64,000 bases of DNA from an uncultured Eubacteriales bacterium. Lineage in GTDB: Bacteria; Bacillota; Clostridia; Oscillospirales; CAG-272. Location: positions 50,206-114,205 of the forward strand of contig URAP01000002.1 of the NCBI GenBank assembly GCA_900545935.1. Direction: 5' to 3'. Positions 1 to 12,649 of this stretch are shown in pieces. The notes below the pieces were generated by a model that saw nothing but the letters and a program-made list of their open reading frames with translations, was not told where the DNA came from and searched no databases. The translations under genes were made by a program, and so were the position numbers. Each line of letters starts with the position of its first letter. The first letter of the stretch is position 1.

Positions 1-270
1 CATCGAGCGCTCCATGGCGAGCCGCATTCCCTGCTCTCCCTTACCTGACGACAGACCGTCGGCATGGATATAAAGCGAAGCTCGCTCGGGTATATCCGAA
101 CAGCCGAGCGAGAAGGTCAGCGCGGCATCATACGGAAACGCGCCGGCGGGCGACACTTTATTCGAGCACTCATACGTGTGACCGAACGAATCGGTACAAG
201 CCGCATTTCGGCGTACGGCGCTATGGCTGTGCGGCGTTATTATTTCGGTGTATTTACGGTATTGCAGCAT
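1..270 (-). CDS. 5' part (90 codons) of an unidentified protein; the gene runs off the left edge
   Basis: Hand translation of the minus strand from the ATG at 270-268 stays open to position 1 (MLQYRKYTEIITPHSHS...). GGAG lies 7 nt upstream of the ATG. The gene sits directly downstream of glgP, so it may be glycogen-related, but I saw no diagnostic motif. Confidence 0.4.
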   Translation of the reverse strand, partial: MLQYRKYTEIITPHSHSAVRRNAACTDSFGHTYECSNKVSPAGAFPYDAALTFSLGCSDIPERASLYIHADGLSSGKGEQGMRLAMERSM

Positions 271-367
271 ATGTTTTCTCCACTGTATTTTTTTGAAATA
301 ATATCAAGCATGCTTTTCGGCAGATCATTGTCACATATGACATGCACGGTGCACCACGGCACAGACG

Positions 368-412
368 TCATCAAAACAAGCGCAGCAGGAGCCCGGTTTT
401 CCGAGCCCCTGC
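368..412 (-). terminator. Possible intrinsic terminator after glgP
   Basis: 12-bp stem (385-396 / 401-412, two G-U pairs) with a tttt loop. On the minus strand it is followed by tgcgcttgtttt, which is an interrupted U-tract. Confidence 0.3.
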
Positions 413-486
413 CGTATTCTCTTGTGAGAGCGTTATCGCTGCAGAAAATCGCCGCTAACGATCCTTTTCGGAATCAATTATCCTAC

Positions 487-3096
487 TTATTCTTCGGTGA
501 CCGGCTTGATATGCCAAATGTTGTCTGCATACTCGCGAATACTTCGGTCGGAAGCGAAGTAACCCGCGCCTGCTATATTGAGCAGAGCTTTGCGCTGCCA
601 TGCACGGGTATCGAGATAGTCGCGGTGCATCCGCTCGGTTATGTTCATATACGACTCAAAATCCGCAAAGCACATATACGGATCGGAAACGCCGTGACTG
701 AACATAAAGTAGTTGACAAGCTCGGGGAAGCGATTACCCGCAAAGCCGGTACGCAGCGAATTCATCGCGCCTGCCAGAGCGGGATTCTTACGATAATATT
801 CGCTCGAATCGTAGCCGCGCTTCCAAAGCTCGGAAACACCTGCGGAATCAAGTCCGAAGATATAGATGTTATCGTCGCCGACAGCATCATTCATCTCAAC
901 ATTCGCGCCGTCAAGCGTACCGACGGTGAGCGCGCCGTTTATCATGAATTTCATGCAACCGGTTCCGCTCGCCTCCTTGCCCGCAAGCGAGATCTGCTCG
1001 CTTATATCAGAGGCGGGGATAAGTAACTCGGCGTTGGAAACGCTGTAATCCTCAAGATATACTACACGGATGAGCTCGCGAACACGCGGAGTGTTCTCTA
1101 TCTCGCGTCCGAGACTCCATATCAGCTTGATTATATCCTTTGCGAGATAGTAGCCGGGCGCCGCCTTGCCGCCGAAAATGTAGGTTACGGGAGCAAATTC
1201 GGCATTCGGATTTTCAAGCAGATAATTATACTGTGCGATTATGCGCAGGACGTTCAGCGTTTGACGCTTGTACTCGTGAATGCGCTTTACCTGAACGTCG
1301 AATATCGACGAGGTATCGACCTTTACATTGAAGCGATCGGAGAAGAACTGAGCCAATCTCGCCTTGTTCTCTCGTTTGATATCCGCAAGCTCATCGAGCA
1401 CGGCGGTATCATCCGCATATGCGGCAAAATCGGAAAGCGTCTCCGGATGCAGACGGAAGCCGTCGCCTATCTTGCGCTCGAGCAGCGCGGTAAGCCCGGG
1501 ATTCGACTCGCATAGCCAGCGGCGGTGTGCGATACCGTTCGTTACGTTTGTAAACTTATACGGCATAGCCTTGTAATAATCATGAAATACCGAATCCTTG
1601 AGTATCTCTGAGTGCAGAGCGGAAACACCGTTTACGGTATGTGATGCCGCAACGCTGAGATTTGCCATTCTGACCTGATTATACGCAACTATCGACATGC
1701 GGGATATTCTGTCCCAATCTCCGGGATAGAGCTTCCACAGATCGGCGCAGAGTCGGCGGTTTATCTCCTCGACTATCATATATATTCTCGGCAGCTTCAG
1801 CTTGAAAAGACCGACATTCCACTTCTCAAGCGCCTCGGGGAGGACCGTATGGTTCGTGTAGGAAACCACCTCGGTAACGACCGACCACGCCTTGTCCCAC
1901 GAGTATGAATAAATATCCATGAGTATACGCATAAGCTCGGGAATAACAAGCGCCGGATGCGTGTCGTTGATATGGATAGCGACCTTGTCGGCAAAATTAT
2001 ACAGCGTACCGTATGCGCGCAGGTGATCGGCAATAATGCACTGAAGCGATGCGGAGACAAGGAAATACTGCTGCGAGAGACGGAGCAGCTTGCCCTCGTC
2101 GTGCTCATCCGAGGGATATAGCACCTTAGAGATAAGCTCGGCATTCGTTGTTTCGTGCATTGCGCTCTCGTACTGTCCCTGCGAGAACAGACTCATATTG
2201 ACGTTCGTGCTGCTCTTGGCGCGCCACAGACGCAGATTGTTAACAGCCTCGGAGCCTGCGCCCGAAATCATAATATCGTACGGAACGGCTATTACCTCAT
2301 CGTAATCGTCGTGAGTAACGGTCAGGCGGTCGCCCTCCCAGCTCTCGGTAACATTGCCGCCGAAGCGGACCGAGAAGGTCTTATCTGTACGGGGAATCAG
2401 CCATCCGTCGCCGCCCTCAAGCCACGTATCGGGCAGCTCGACCTGATTTCCGTCAATTATCTTCTGCTTAAACAGACCGTATTCATAGAGAATTGAAAAC
2501 CCGGTTGCGGGATATGAGAGTGTTGTAAGCGAGTCCATAAAGCACGCGGCAAGTCTCCCGAGACCTCCGTTTCCGAGGCCCGGATCCGGCTCTGCCGCAT
2601 AGAGTGACTCGAGCGATATGCCGATATCCGAGAGAACTGTGCGCATCTCATCCTCGATACCGAGATTGACGAGGTTATTGTGCAGCGACGGTCCGATAAG
2701 AAACTCCATACACATATAGTATACGCGCTTTGACTGCTGCTTCTTCATCTCCGCTTTATATGCGCCTCTGCGGTCGAGAAGCATGTCCTTTACGCAGAGA
2801 ATTACCGCCGTGTATATCTGCTTTTCGGTCGCGGTGTCCGGCGTTGTGCCGAAATAGCCCGAGAGCTTATGCTCGAGCCGCTCTCGGAGCGTGTAGCCGC
2901 GGGCGAGCGGCGCCGTTACCTGCTTTGCCGCCTGCCCTACCATGTCGCCTATCTCGCGGGTCTTTTCGGTTATCATTTTTTTTGCACGGCTTACGGTGTT
3001 TTTGCCGCCCGACGCGACGCCCTTGGTCTTTTTTGTATTCTTCTTTTCGCTTACCTTTTCGTTGCTTTTATCGTTTTTCTTTTCGCTGTTATTCAT
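487..3096 (-). CDS. glgP: Glycogen/alpha-glucan phosphorylase
   Basis: 869-aa ORF with the PLP-lysine signature EASGTGCMKFMINGALTVGTLDGANVEM. GAAAGG lies 7 nt before the ATG. It is the last gene of the glg cluster. Confidence 0.95.
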   Translation of the reverse strand: MNNSEKKNDKSNEKVSEKKNTKKTKGVASGGKNTVSRAKKMITEKTREIGDMVGQAAKQVTAPLARGYTLRERLEHKLSGYFGTTPDTATEKQIYTAVILCVKDMLLDRRGAYKAEMKKQQSKRVYYMCMEFLIGPSLHNNLVNLGIEDEMRTVLSDIGISLESLYAAEPDPGLGNGGLGRLAACFMDSLTTLSYPATGFSILYEYGLFKQKIIDGNQVELPDTWLEGGDGWLIPRTDKTFSVRFGGNVTESWEGDRLTVTHDDYDEVIAVPYDIMISGAGSEAVNNLRLWRAKSSTNVNMSLFSQGQYESAMHETTNAELISKVLYPSDEHDEGKLLRLSQQYFLVSASLQCIIADHLRAYGTLYNFADKVAIHINDTHPALVIPELMRILMDIYSYSWDKAWSVVTEVVSYTNHTVLPEALEKWNVGLFKLKLPRIYMIVEEINRRLCADLWKLYPGDWDRISRMSIVAYNQVRMANLSVAASHTVNGVSALHSEILKDSVFHDYYKAMPYKFTNVTNGIAHRRWLCESNPGLTALLERKIGDGFRLHPETLSDFAAYADDTAVLDELADIKRENKARLAQFFSDRFNVKVDTSSIFDVQVKRIHEYKRQTLNVLRIIAQYNYLLENPNAEFAPVTYIFGGKAAPGYYLAKDIIKLIWSLGREIENTPRVRELIRVVYLEDYSVSNAELLIPASDISEQISLAGKEASGTGCMKFMINGALTVGTLDGANVEMNDAVGDDNIYIFGLDSAGVSELWKRGYDSSEYYRKNPALAGAMNSLRTGFAGNRFPELVNYFMFSHGVSDPYMCFADFESYMNITERMHRDYLDTRAWQRKALLNIAGAGYFASDRSIREYADNIWHIKPVTEE

Positions 3097-3271
3097 CTGC
3101 TGACCTTTCTAATAGTTTTTATCGGATAATAAATGCTGCGGGGCTGCCTTCATGTACATAACCGCGCCGCATTACAAGATGATCATTGCTCGACACGCAG
3201 CACCCTTGATGCATTCGAAATGCAGAATGCACTGCGTAAGCCGATCCGCGCAAATGTATCTTGCAGCTGCA

Positions 3272-4705
3272 TCAGAGCATGGATTCGTAGAGCTGTACGT
3301 ACTGACGCGCCGACGAGCTCCATGAGAAATCAACGCCCATGACCCGACGCACGAGCGCATTCCAACGCTTGCGGTCGGCAAAGATACTCTCGGCATAGCG
3401 AACGGTAGCCATCATCTCATGTGCATTATAATTGGCGAACGAGAAGCCGTTTCCGCTGCCGTCGTACTCGTTATAGGCGTGAATGGTATCGTAGAGACCG
3501 CCCGTCTCGCGGACGATCGGAACGGTGCCGTAGCGCGATGCTATCATCTGCGAGAGCCCGCACGGCTCGCTCTTGCTCGGCATGAGAAACATATCCGCAC
3601 CCGCGTATATCTGCTTTGACAGCTCTTTATTGAACTCTATCATCGCGCAGCAGCGGTCGGGGTGACGCTGCGACAGCCCGCGGAAGAACTGTTCAAAATC
3701 GCTCTCGCCTGTTCCGAGCAGTACGAATTGAATATTGTCCGCCGCAAGCAGCTCGTCGATTATTCGGCATACAAGATCAAATCCCTTGTGAGCAACAAGG
3801 CGCGAGATCATCGCGACTACCGGAACGTTCTTATCCGGCTCGAAGCCGCATTTCTTCTGCAGCTCGAGCTTATTTTTCGTCTTACCCGCAAGGCTCTTTG
3901 CCGTGAAATGATAATGAATATCGGGGTCTGTCTCGGGATTGTAATAGTCAGTGTCGATGCCGTTTACGATGCCGCTGAGCTTATAGCGGCAGGACTCGAG
4001 AATGTGCGATAGTCCGTGCGCATAATACGGATTCATTATCTCCTCCGCATATCTGCGCGATACGGTGGTGACGCGGTCGGCGAGCGCTATCGCGCCCTTT
4101 GAAAGATTGATGTCGCCGTCGTACTCGACTATGCCGCGGTCCCACTCATAAAGATCGAACACATCGCCGAGTATATCAAAGCCGTATCTGCCCTGATACT
4201 CTATGTTATGAATGGTGTAGACGGTCTTTATGCCGGAATACTCGCGTATCCCCTCGTACTTCCTCTTTAGATAGATTATAGAGAGCGCGCTCTGCCAGTC
4301 GTTTGCGTGCAGAATGTCGGGATAGAAGCCGACGGCACCCATTACCTCGAGTACGGCGCGGCAAAAGAAGGCAAAACGCTCGCCGTCGTCGAAGCTGCCG
4401 TACATCGAATCGCGCTTGAAATAAAACTCGTTATCGAGGAAGTAATATTTTACCCCATTCCGCTCGGTGCTCCATATTCCGCAGAACTGTCTGCGCCACG
4501 CGAGCGGAACGTATATTTCACGCTCGAAAAAGAGTGACGCGCCGAATTTATCCTTGACCGATTTATACATCGGCATGATAACGCGGACATCCGAGCCCTC
4601 CCCGAGGCATGACGAGACGGCAGAGGGCAGCGAGCCCATAACATCCCCGAGACCGCCCGATGCAGCGAACGGGAGCGCCTCGGAGGCAACATAAAGTATC
4701 TTCAT
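3272..4705 (-). CDS. glgA: Glycogen synthase (ADP-glucose type)
   Basis: 477 aa. The N-terminus MKILYVASEALPFAASGGLGDV matches the GlgA donor-binding motif. Its position is between glgD and glgP. Confidence 0.95.
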   Translation of the reverse strand: MKILYVASEALPFAASGGLGDVMGSLPSAVSSCLGEGSDVRVIMPMYKSVKDKFGASLFFEREIYVPLAWRRQFCGIWSTERNGVKYYFLDNEFYFKRDSMYGSFDDGERFAFFCRAVLEVMGAVGFYPDILHANDWQSALSIIYLKRKYEGIREYSGIKTVYTIHNIEYQGRYGFDILGDVFDLYEWDRGIVEYDGDINLSKGAIALADRVTTVSRRYAEEIMNPYYAHGLSHILESCRYKLSGIVNGIDTDYYNPETDPDIHYHFTAKSLAGKTKNKLELQKKCGFEPDKNVPVVAMISRLVAHKGFDLVCRIIDELLAADNIQFVLLGTGESDFEQFFRGLSQRHPDRCCAMIEFNKELSKQIYAGADMFLMPSKSEPCGLSQMIASRYGTVPIVRETGGLYDTIHAYNEYDGSGNGFSFANYNAHEMMATVRYAESIFADRKRWNALVRRVMGVDFSWSSSARQYVQLYESML

Positions 4706-4773
4706 ATCAGGTCTCCTAACACAATATATACAGCGTCCGACAGCGGTCGGACGATTTGCCGTATGCGGTAAAA

Positions 4774-5919
4774 TCAGATGATCTTATTCTTCGGTATATA
4801 GAACGGTCTCGTCTCCGCACCCGCGAGAGTTATATCGCTGCGGATGGTGGCATATTTGTCAGATATAACGCTCGTAAGCGAAACATTTTCTCCGCAGACG
4901 GTATTATTCATGATAATGCTGTTGCGTATACGACAGCCGCGTCCGACATGAACGCCGCGGAATATGATGGAGTTCTCCACCTCTCCCTCGATAACACAGC
5001 CGTCGGCGATAAGCGTATTCCTGACCGAAGACGACGGGCTGTAATATGTTGGCGGCGAATTGCGAACCTTGGTCAGTATCGGACGCTTTTTGACCGCAAA
5101 CAGTGCACGGCGGACGCGTTCATCGGTGATAAGATCCATGCTGTGATGGTAGTACGCCTCTATTGAGTCTATCATAGCATAGTAGCCGTCGAAGTGATAT
5201 AAAGCAATTCTGCCGGACTCACCGTGCTCTCGGAGCGTCCGCGCGACAATATCGCGGGTAAAGCTGGTATAGTTGTGAGAAATCGACTCGGCTATCATCC
5301 TGCGGAGAGTCGACGTGCGCATAACGACCATTCCGAGACTCTCATAGCAAGGCTCATCGCTCTCGTACGGGTCGACGGCAAGCTCCGAAACAAAGCCGCT
5401 CTCACCCTCGTGAAACATATGTCCGCTCGATGACACGGCTTTTTCCGGGCTTAGTCGATGAGCAACTATGGTCATTCGCGCGTCACGCTCGATATGTGCG
5501 TCAAGCACCTCCGAAAGATCAATATTGCAGATGACGTCGGAATCCGCAAGAATGACATATTCATCCTGAATTCCAGCAATATAATAGTTCACACCCTTGA
5601 GCGACTCAAGGCGCGAGACCGACGGTGAACGTGTGCCGTATGCCTGCGGGGTAACATTCGGCGGGAGCAGCTTTATACCGCCGTTCGAGCGTGCAAGATC
5701 CCAGTCCTTACCCGAGCCGATGTGATCCATGAGCGAGAGGTAGTTGTTGGTGGTGATAACGCTGATATTATTTATATTCGAATTTGTCATGTTAGACAGA
5801 ACAAAGTCGATAAAACGGTATCGGCATCCGTAGGGCACCGAGGCGATGGTGCGCCGATCGGTGAGTTCAGGGAGCTTTTCGTCATGGACATTTGAAAATA
5901 TGATTCCTGATGCAGCCAT
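4774..5919 (-). CDS. glgD: Glucose-1-phosphate adenylyltransferase, regulatory GlgD subunit
   Basis: 381 aa. GIIFSN...TIASVPYGCRYRFIDFVLSNM plus a C-terminal left-handed beta-helix-like repeat. It is a GlgC paralogue lacking the GGxGxRL loop, in the Firmicute glgC-glgD order. Confidence 0.9.
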   Translation of the reverse strand: MAASGIIFSNVHDEKLPELTDRRTIASVPYGCRYRFIDFVLSNMTNSNINNISVITTNNYLSLMDHIGSGKDWDLARSNGGIKLLPPNVTPQAYGTRSPSVSRLESLKGVNYYIAGIQDEYVILADSDVICNIDLSEVLDAHIERDARMTIVAHRLSPEKAVSSSGHMFHEGESGFVSELAVDPYESDEPCYESLGMVVMRTSTLRRMIAESISHNYTSFTRDIVARTLREHGESGRIALYHFDGYYAMIDSIEAYYHHSMDLITDERVRRALFAVKKRPILTKVRNSPPTYYSPSSSVRNTLIADGCVIEGEVENSIIFRGVHVGRGCRIRNSIIMNNTVCGENVSLTSVISDKYATIRSDITLAGAETRPFYIPKNKII

Positions 5920-5936
5920 CTCTATCCTCCGTAGTT

Positions 5937-7157
5937 TTACTTTTCGACATTATGGGCAATATGGGTCTCGATGTACTTTTCATCCGCCATTGCCCCGCCG
6001 GGGATAACAGTATTCGGCTCGAGGTGTATTCCGCCTCCTAAAACGGTGACATCACCGCCGCCCTCCTTAGGCTCGCCGACGACAGAGCCGCTGCCGATAA
6101 CGGTATCCGAATCGACAATACTGTATTCAATATTAGAGCCCTTACCGATCACGACATCGTTCATTATAACGCTGTCGCGGACATGTGCGCCGCGCTCGAT
6201 GCGAACGCCGCTCGAGAGCACGCAGTTCTCGACCTCGCCGTCGATCTCGCAGCCCTCGGTAACGATACTGTTCGTCACGTGCGCATCCACGCCGAGATGC
6301 TGAGGCGGGCTTGCCTCGTTACGCGAATAGATGCGGAATTCGCTGTCGCGAAGATTAAATACCGGATAGGAGCCAAGCAGATCCATATTCGCCTCCCAGA
6401 GGCTCGCGATAGTCCCCACGTCCTTCCAATAGCCGCTGAAGGGATATGCGTACATCCGTCTGCCGTCTGCAAGCATTGCGGGAATAACATTCTTGCCGAA
6501 GTCGTTCGACGAGCTCTTGTCCGCCTCGTCTCGAATAAGATATTCGCGTAGCAGCGCGGTATTAAAGATATATATACCCATGGACGCGTTATTGCTCTTG
6601 GGATGCTTCGGCTTCTCCTCAAAGTCGGTTATTCGCATATCCTCATCTGTATTCATTATTCCGAAGCGGCTCGCCTCCTCCATAGGAACGCGCAACACGG
6701 CGATGGTCGCATCCGCGCCCGTTTTCTTATGCGCCGCAAGCATCTTGGAATAGTCCATCTTATATATATGATCGCCGGACAGGACAAGTACATAATCCGG
6801 ATCGTAGCGGTCGATAAAGCGCAGGTTTTGATATATCGCATTTGCCGTGCCCTTGTACCACTGTCCGCCGCTCTTTGCCTGATACGGCGGGAGTACGGTC
6901 ACTCCGCTCTGCGCACGGTCAAGATCCCATGGGCTGCCGTGACCTATGTATTCGTTCAGCACGAGAGGCTGATACTGCGTGAGCACACCGACGGTGTATA
7001 TCCCCGAGTTTACGCAGTTGGACATCGGGAAGTCGATAATTCTGTATTTGCCGCCGAAGCTGACGGCAGGCTTTGCCGTTCTCTCGGTCAGTGCATATAG
7101 TCTGCTGCCCTGACCGCCGGCAAGAAGCATTGCTACACATTCAGATTTTCTGTACAT
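5937..7157 (-). CDS. glgC: Glucose-1-phosphate adenylyltransferase
   Basis: 406 aa with [33 protein letters not shown] and the FGIMNTDE and YWKDVGT motifs. Confidence 0.95.
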   Translation of the reverse strand: MYRKSECVAMLLAGGQGSRLYALTERTAKPAVSFGGKYRIIDFPMSNCVNSGIYTVGVLTQYQPLVLNEYIGHGSPWDLDRAQSGVTVLPPYQAKSGGQWYKGTANAIYQNLRFIDRYDPDYVLVLSGDHIYKMDYSKMLAAHKKTGADATIAVLRVPMEEASRFGIMNTDEDMRITDFEEKPKHPKSNNASMGIYIFNTALLREYLIRDEADKSSSNDFGKNVIPAMLADGRRMYAYPFSGYWKDVGTIASLWEANMDLLGSYPVFNLRDSEFRIYSRNEASPPQHLGVDAHVTNSIVTEGCEIDGEVENCVLSSGVRIERGAHVRDSVIMNDVVIGKGSNIEYSIVDSDTVIGSGSVVGEPKEGGGDVTVLGGGIHLEPNTVIPGGAMADEKYIETHIAHNVEK

Positions 7158-9229
7158 GTCGAATCCTTTCTGTTGTTATATCCGCAGCCGCACGCGCTCT
7201 CGGGCTTTGATACCGATTTGTGCGGGCGTGCTCTGTTTGAGGTCTTTTTTAATATCTGCGCAGAGTATGCGGGAAGCATCAGGCGCAGTAATGCGGGAGC
7301 CTTTTCGTTCCTTGCTTCTCCCACGGATCTTGTACCGGTAGCACCGGCTCTGCCGATATCCGAGGAGCTCGGTGCGTTCTCGGTCTTGATAAGATCGGAG
7401 TTTATCTTTTCTCCGCCGCCGAACTCGTATCTGTCCGAGTCGAGGAGTATGCGGTATTTTCCGTGTCTCGGCGGCATAATGGGATAATCGGGGCGATCGA
7501 CCGGTGAGAAGTTTATCACTACAATAAGCTCGCCTCCGCGCCCGTCGAGCCGTCTGTATGCAACTACATTATCCCGTGCACGGTCAGCCTCGAGCCACGA
7601 AAATCCGTCCCATCCGTCGTCTATCCGCCAAAGCTCCGGCGAATTGAGGTATAGATGATTCAGCCGGCGCAGATATCTCTGCATCTCAGCGTGCCGCGGA
7701 TATGAAAGCATGAACCATTCAAGCTCATTTTCGTAGTCCCATTCACGGAACTGGGCAAACTCTGTGCCCATAAAGGTCAGCTTCTTTCCCGGCATGGTCA
7801 TCAGGAATGTCATAAAGGCGCGCATCATGGCGAATTTTTCATCATACTCGCCGTACATCTTTCCTATGAGCGAGCGCTTTCCGTGTACGACCTCATCATG
7901 CGACACCGGAAGAATAAAATTCTCAGAGTAGGCATACATCATCGGAAATGTCAGCTTTGAATGATGATACTGCCGATAAATCGGGTCCATCGAGATATAC
8001 TCGAACATATCGTTGGCAAAGCCCATATTCCATTTAAAATTAAAGCCGAGCCCGCCCTCGGAAACCGGCTTAGTAACGCCGGGAAAGGCGGTAGATTCCT
8101 CCGCTATCATAAGCACATCGGGAAACTCGGCAAAGACAGCGGAATTCAGCTTTCGGAAAAAGGCGATAGCCTCAAGGTTTTCGTTCCCGCCGTAAATATT
8201 CGGTATCCACTCTCCCGGCTTGCGGTCATAGTCGAGATAGAGCATGGATGCTACCGCATCTATGCGCAGCCCGTCCACATGATACTCACGCAGCCAAAAC
8301 AGCGCATTCGAGATAAGAAAGCTCTGAACCTCGCACCGACCGACATCAAAGCAGCGTGTGCCCCAACCCTTGTGCTCACGTCTGTCCTCGCCCTGATATT
8401 CGTATAGAGGTCCGCCGTCAAACTCGTACAGACCGTGCTCGTCCTTCGGAAAATGCGCGGGGACCCAGTCGAGTATAACGCCGATACCGTACTCGTGCAA
8501 GCGATCGACAAAATAGGCAAAATCCTCGGGCGCTCCGAAACGCGAGGTCGGTGCATAATAGGAGCATATCTGATAGCCCCACGAGCCGTCAAACGGGTGC
8601 TCCGCTATCGGCATCAGCTCGGCATGTGTATAGCCCATGTCTCTCAGATACGGCGCGAGCATATCGGCGATCTCACGGTAACCGAGATAATGCCCACCGT
8701 CTGAGGTCGAGGCGCCGTCCCGCGTACGCCACGAGCCGAGATGCAGCTCATATATATTCATCGGAGACGGATAGTAATGCTCGCCGTCCGAAAAAAACTC
8801 TCGACGGTGCTCCATCCACTCGCTGTCGGTATGCCCGAGCGAGAGCGGTGACGATATTATCGAGGCGGTGTTTTCGAGTGTCTGAGACGCAAAGGCATAC
8901 GGGTCGCTCTTGAGATGCGAAACACCTCCGCGTTCTATACGAAATTTATAAAAGCTGCCGCGCAATCGACTTTTTGATACAAAGACACACTCCCATATGC
9001 CCTGCGATATCCTCACCATCGGAATACCTTTGTCCCATGAACAAAAATCGCCGACAAGCGCCGCCGAATCGGCATTCGGCGCCCACACACGAAAGACATA
9101 TTCATATCTGCCGCGCCTCGCCGAGCGCTCATGGCATCCGAGAAGCTCATATGCATGAAAGTTTGTACCCTGATGAAAGAGGTAGACCGGAATGCTTATG
9201 TCGTCGTAGCTGTTCTTACCTTTTTTCAT
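7133..9229 (-). CDS. glgB: 1,4-alpha-glucan branching enzyme (GH13)
   Basis: 698 aa with GH13 conserved regions [27 protein letters not shown] and MIAEEST. The 3' end overlaps the glgC start by 25 nt. Confidence 0.95.
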   Translation of the reverse strand: MKKGKNSYDDISIPVYLFHQGTNFHAYELLGCHERSARRGRYEYVFRVWAPNADSAALVGDFCSWDKGIPMVRISQGIWECVFVSKSRLRGSFYKFRIERGGVSHLKSDPYAFASQTLENTASIISSPLSLGHTDSEWMEHRREFFSDGEHYYPSPMNIYELHLGSWRTRDGASTSDGGHYLGYREIADMLAPYLRDMGYTHAELMPIAEHPFDGSWGYQICSYYAPTSRFGAPEDFAYFVDRLHEYGIGVILDWVPAHFPKDEHGLYEFDGGPLYEYQGEDRREHKGWGTRCFDVGRCEVQSFLISNALFWLREYHVDGLRIDAVASMLYLDYDRKPGEWIPNIYGGNENLEAIAFFRKLNSAVFAEFPDVLMIAEESTAFPGVTKPVSEGGLGFNFKWNMGFANDMFEYISMDPIYRQYHHSKLTFPMMYAYSENFILPVSHDEVVHGKRSLIGKMYGEYDEKFAMMRAFMTFLMTMPGKKLTFMGTEFAQFREWDYENELEWFMLSYPRHAEMQRYLRRLNHLYLNSPELWRIDDGWDGFSWLEADRARDNVVAYRRLDGRGGELIVVINFSPVDRPDYPIMPPRHGKYRILLDSDRYEFGGGEKINSDLIKTENAPSSSDIGRAGATGTRSVGEARNEKAPALLRLMLPAYSAQILKKTSNRARPHKSVSKPESACGCGYNNRKDSTCTENLNV

Positions 9230-9284
9230 ACATTAACCGTGACCTTTCTGTTATGAGAATACGAAAGAACCGTTTTCTGTTACA

Positions 9285-9313
9285 ATTATATCATATTGTG
9301 CCACGATTTTCAA
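9285..9313 (-). promoter_or_regulatory. Sigma-A-type promoter of the glg operon
   Basis: The minus strand reads TTGAAA-N17-TATAAT with a TGn extension (ttgaaaatcgtggcacaatatgatataat). It lies about 55 nt upstream of the glgB ATG. Confidence 0.7.
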
Positions 9314-9404
9314 GCATTTTTAACATTAATCACACGTTTTTTTAACCCTAAACCCGCAAATTAATGTCGTCAACCTACGGTAATGTATTTATATGGCAGA
9401 TGGA

Positions 9405-9439
9405 TTATAAAAAATACCGCCCGGTTGACCGAGCGGTAT
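9405..9439 (-). terminator. Intrinsic terminator after gdhA
   Basis: The minus strand reads ataccgctcgg-tcaa-ccgggcggtat followed by tttttt. That is an 11-bp stem with one G-U pair, immediately after the gdhA stop. Confidence 0.75.
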
Positions 9440-9449
9440 AAAAATATTA

Positions 9450-10829
<1,380 letters not shown>

Positions 10830-10854
10830 TTACAGCTTGACTTAATATAAATTG

Positions 10855-10883
10855 ATTATACTACAAAGGCTTTGAAATTGCAA
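10855..10883 (-). promoter_or_regulatory. Sigma-A-type promoter of gdhA
   Basis: The minus strand reads TTGCAA-N17-TATAAT (ttgcaatttcaaagcctttgtagtataat), about 55 nt upstream of the gdhA ATG. Confidence 0.65.
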
Positions 10884-11041
10884 TACCAAAATCGTAAAAA
10901 TTCATAATTCTTTACACAGCGTACATATGCGCCCGAATTCTGAATTTTTCGTACAAGCGCCGCTGCATATCATTTCCATTAAAAAGCATCTACAGCGCAC
11001 AAAAGGCATTGTCGGCACACAAAAAGCATCGGAGGTCTGAT

Positions 11042-12649
11042 ATGTTTCAAGAACTGAAATGCAAGGTTTGCGGCAGGATAGGAAAAAAGGGGCTCGTATT
11101 TCTGCGCGGCGCGGCAATGCTAACCGTCTGCTCGCTGCTGATGCGGACGGTAGGTGTCGGCTTTAACGTCTATATAACAGGGGTGCTCGGCGCGGGCGGC
11201 GTAGGGCTTTTTTCGCTGATTACCTCCGCATACGGCTTCTTTTCCACCTTTGCGCTCTCCGGCGTAAACCTTGCAGCATCTAAGCTCTGCGCGGAGGGCA
11301 TCGGACACGAATGCGCAGATGAGGTGCGCGGAGTGATGAAGCGCTGCCTCGCCTATTCGCTCTGCTTCGGCGGCTGTGCAACACTTCTGATGCTTGCTCT
11401 GTCATACCCGATCGGGGTCTGCCTTATCGGCGATGCCGGCTCCGTACGGTCGCTGAGAATACTCGCTCCGAGTCTGCTTCCGCTCTCGCTCTCTTCAGGG
11501 ATCTACGGCTATCTGCACGCCGTTCGCAGGGTCGGAAAAAGCGCCGTGCTCCAGATAGGCGAGCAGCTTGCACGGATCCTATTTACCGTTCTGCTGTTCC
11601 GGACACTTATGCCTTCCGGCGCGCCCGAGGCGTGTGCGCTTGTTTCGCTCGGGATCACTTTCAGCGAGCTTATCGCTTTCTCCGTCGGGATCATCATCTT
11701 CTATCGGGATATAACACAACATCTCCCGCCGCAGGGCATACGGCTGCCGGGACTTACACGGCGGATGCTCTCCATCTCGCTGCCAATGGCGCTAAGCTCC
11801 TATATGCGCTCCGGACTGCTGACGCTCGAGCACATGCTGATACCGTCAGGACTGCGCCGTTTCGGCAGCGGAAGCGAGGGTGCGCTCGAACAGTACGGAA
11901 TCCTGCACGGAATGGCTTTCCCGGTGATACTCTACCCGCAGGTGCTGCTCGCCTCGGTGTCCGGGCTGCTCGTTCCCGAGGTATCGGAGGAGGCGGCGAG
12001 AGGAAACGACGGCAGAATAGAGCGCATAGCCCACACGGTGCTTCGCCTTACTCTTGCATTTTCCATCGGAACGGCAGGGATATTTCTCGTGTTCGGCAGG
12101 CATCTCGGAGAGCTGCTGTATAACAACGCAGACTCCGGCAGATACATACTCCTGCTCGCGCCGCTTATACCGGTAATGTACCTTGACAGCGCGGTAGACG
12201 GTATACTCAAGGGTCTCGGCGAGCAGCTGTATTCTATGAAGGTGAATATACTCGACTCTGCAATGAGCATCGTGCTCGTTATTGTGCTGCTTCCCCGTTT
12301 CGGCACGGCGGGTTACATACTTACCGTCTATATAACAGAGCTTGTAAACAGTGCTCTCAGTCTGATTCGGCTGCTGCACATCATCCGTCCTCGACTCTGC
12401 TTTTCAACCGACATCTGCCTGCCCGCCGCGACAGCATGCATGCTTTCGGTGATCTGCCGCACCGCGCCAATCAGCGCTTTCGTGGAGCAGCTCGGCGGCA
12501 CGACCGCAGGGATATGCGCTTCTATAACGCTGTATATCCTCATCTACTCGGCTGCCGTATTTCTGCCGACAGCCATTCTTCGTAAAAAAAGAACCTCGAC
12601 TGGCACGGAAATTTCGGAAAAAGGTCTTTTATTGGAGACAAAGCTGTGA
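11042..12649 (+). CDS. MOP-superfamily flippase (SpoVB / MurJ-like polysaccharide biosynthesis protein)
   Basis: About 535 aa and hydrophobic throughout, with many TM segments. The N-terminal FLRGAAMLTVCSLLMRTVG pattern is typical of SpoVB/MurJ-type proteins. I placed the start at MFQELKC because GGAGG lies 6 nt upstream. Confidence 0.7.
   Translation: MFQELKCKVCGRIGKKGLVFLRGAAMLTVCSLLMRTVGVGFNVYITGVLGAGGVGLFSLITSAYGFFSTFALSGVNLAASKLCAEGIGHECADEVRGVMKRCLAYSLCFGGCATLLMLALSYPIGVCLIGDAGSVRSLRILAPSLLPLSLSSGIYGYLHAVRRVGKSAVLQIGEQLARILFTVLLFRTLMPSGAPEACALVSLGITFSELIAFSVGIIIFYRDITQHLPPQGIRLPGLTRRMLSISLPMALSSYMRSGLLTLEHMLIPSGLRRFGSGSEGALEQYGILHGMAFPVILYPQVLLASVSGLLVPEVSEEAARGNDGRIERIAHTVLRLTLAFSIGTAGIFLVFGRHLGELLYNNADSGRYILLLAPLIPVMYLDSAVDGILKGLGEQLYSMKVNILDSAMSIVLVIVLLPRFGTAGYILTVYITELVNSALSLIRLLHIIRPRLCFSTDICLPAATACMLSVICRTAPISAFVEQLGGTTAGICASITLYILIYSAAVFLPTAILRKKRTSTGTEISEKGLLLETKL

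Noticed and set aside
64-1026. 320-aa plus-strand ORF at the left end
   Set aside because: It lies antisense to the partial minus-strand gene (1-270) and to the strongly supported glgP. Its R/A/G-rich composition with no recognisable motifs is typical of shadow ORFs in GC-rich coding DNA.
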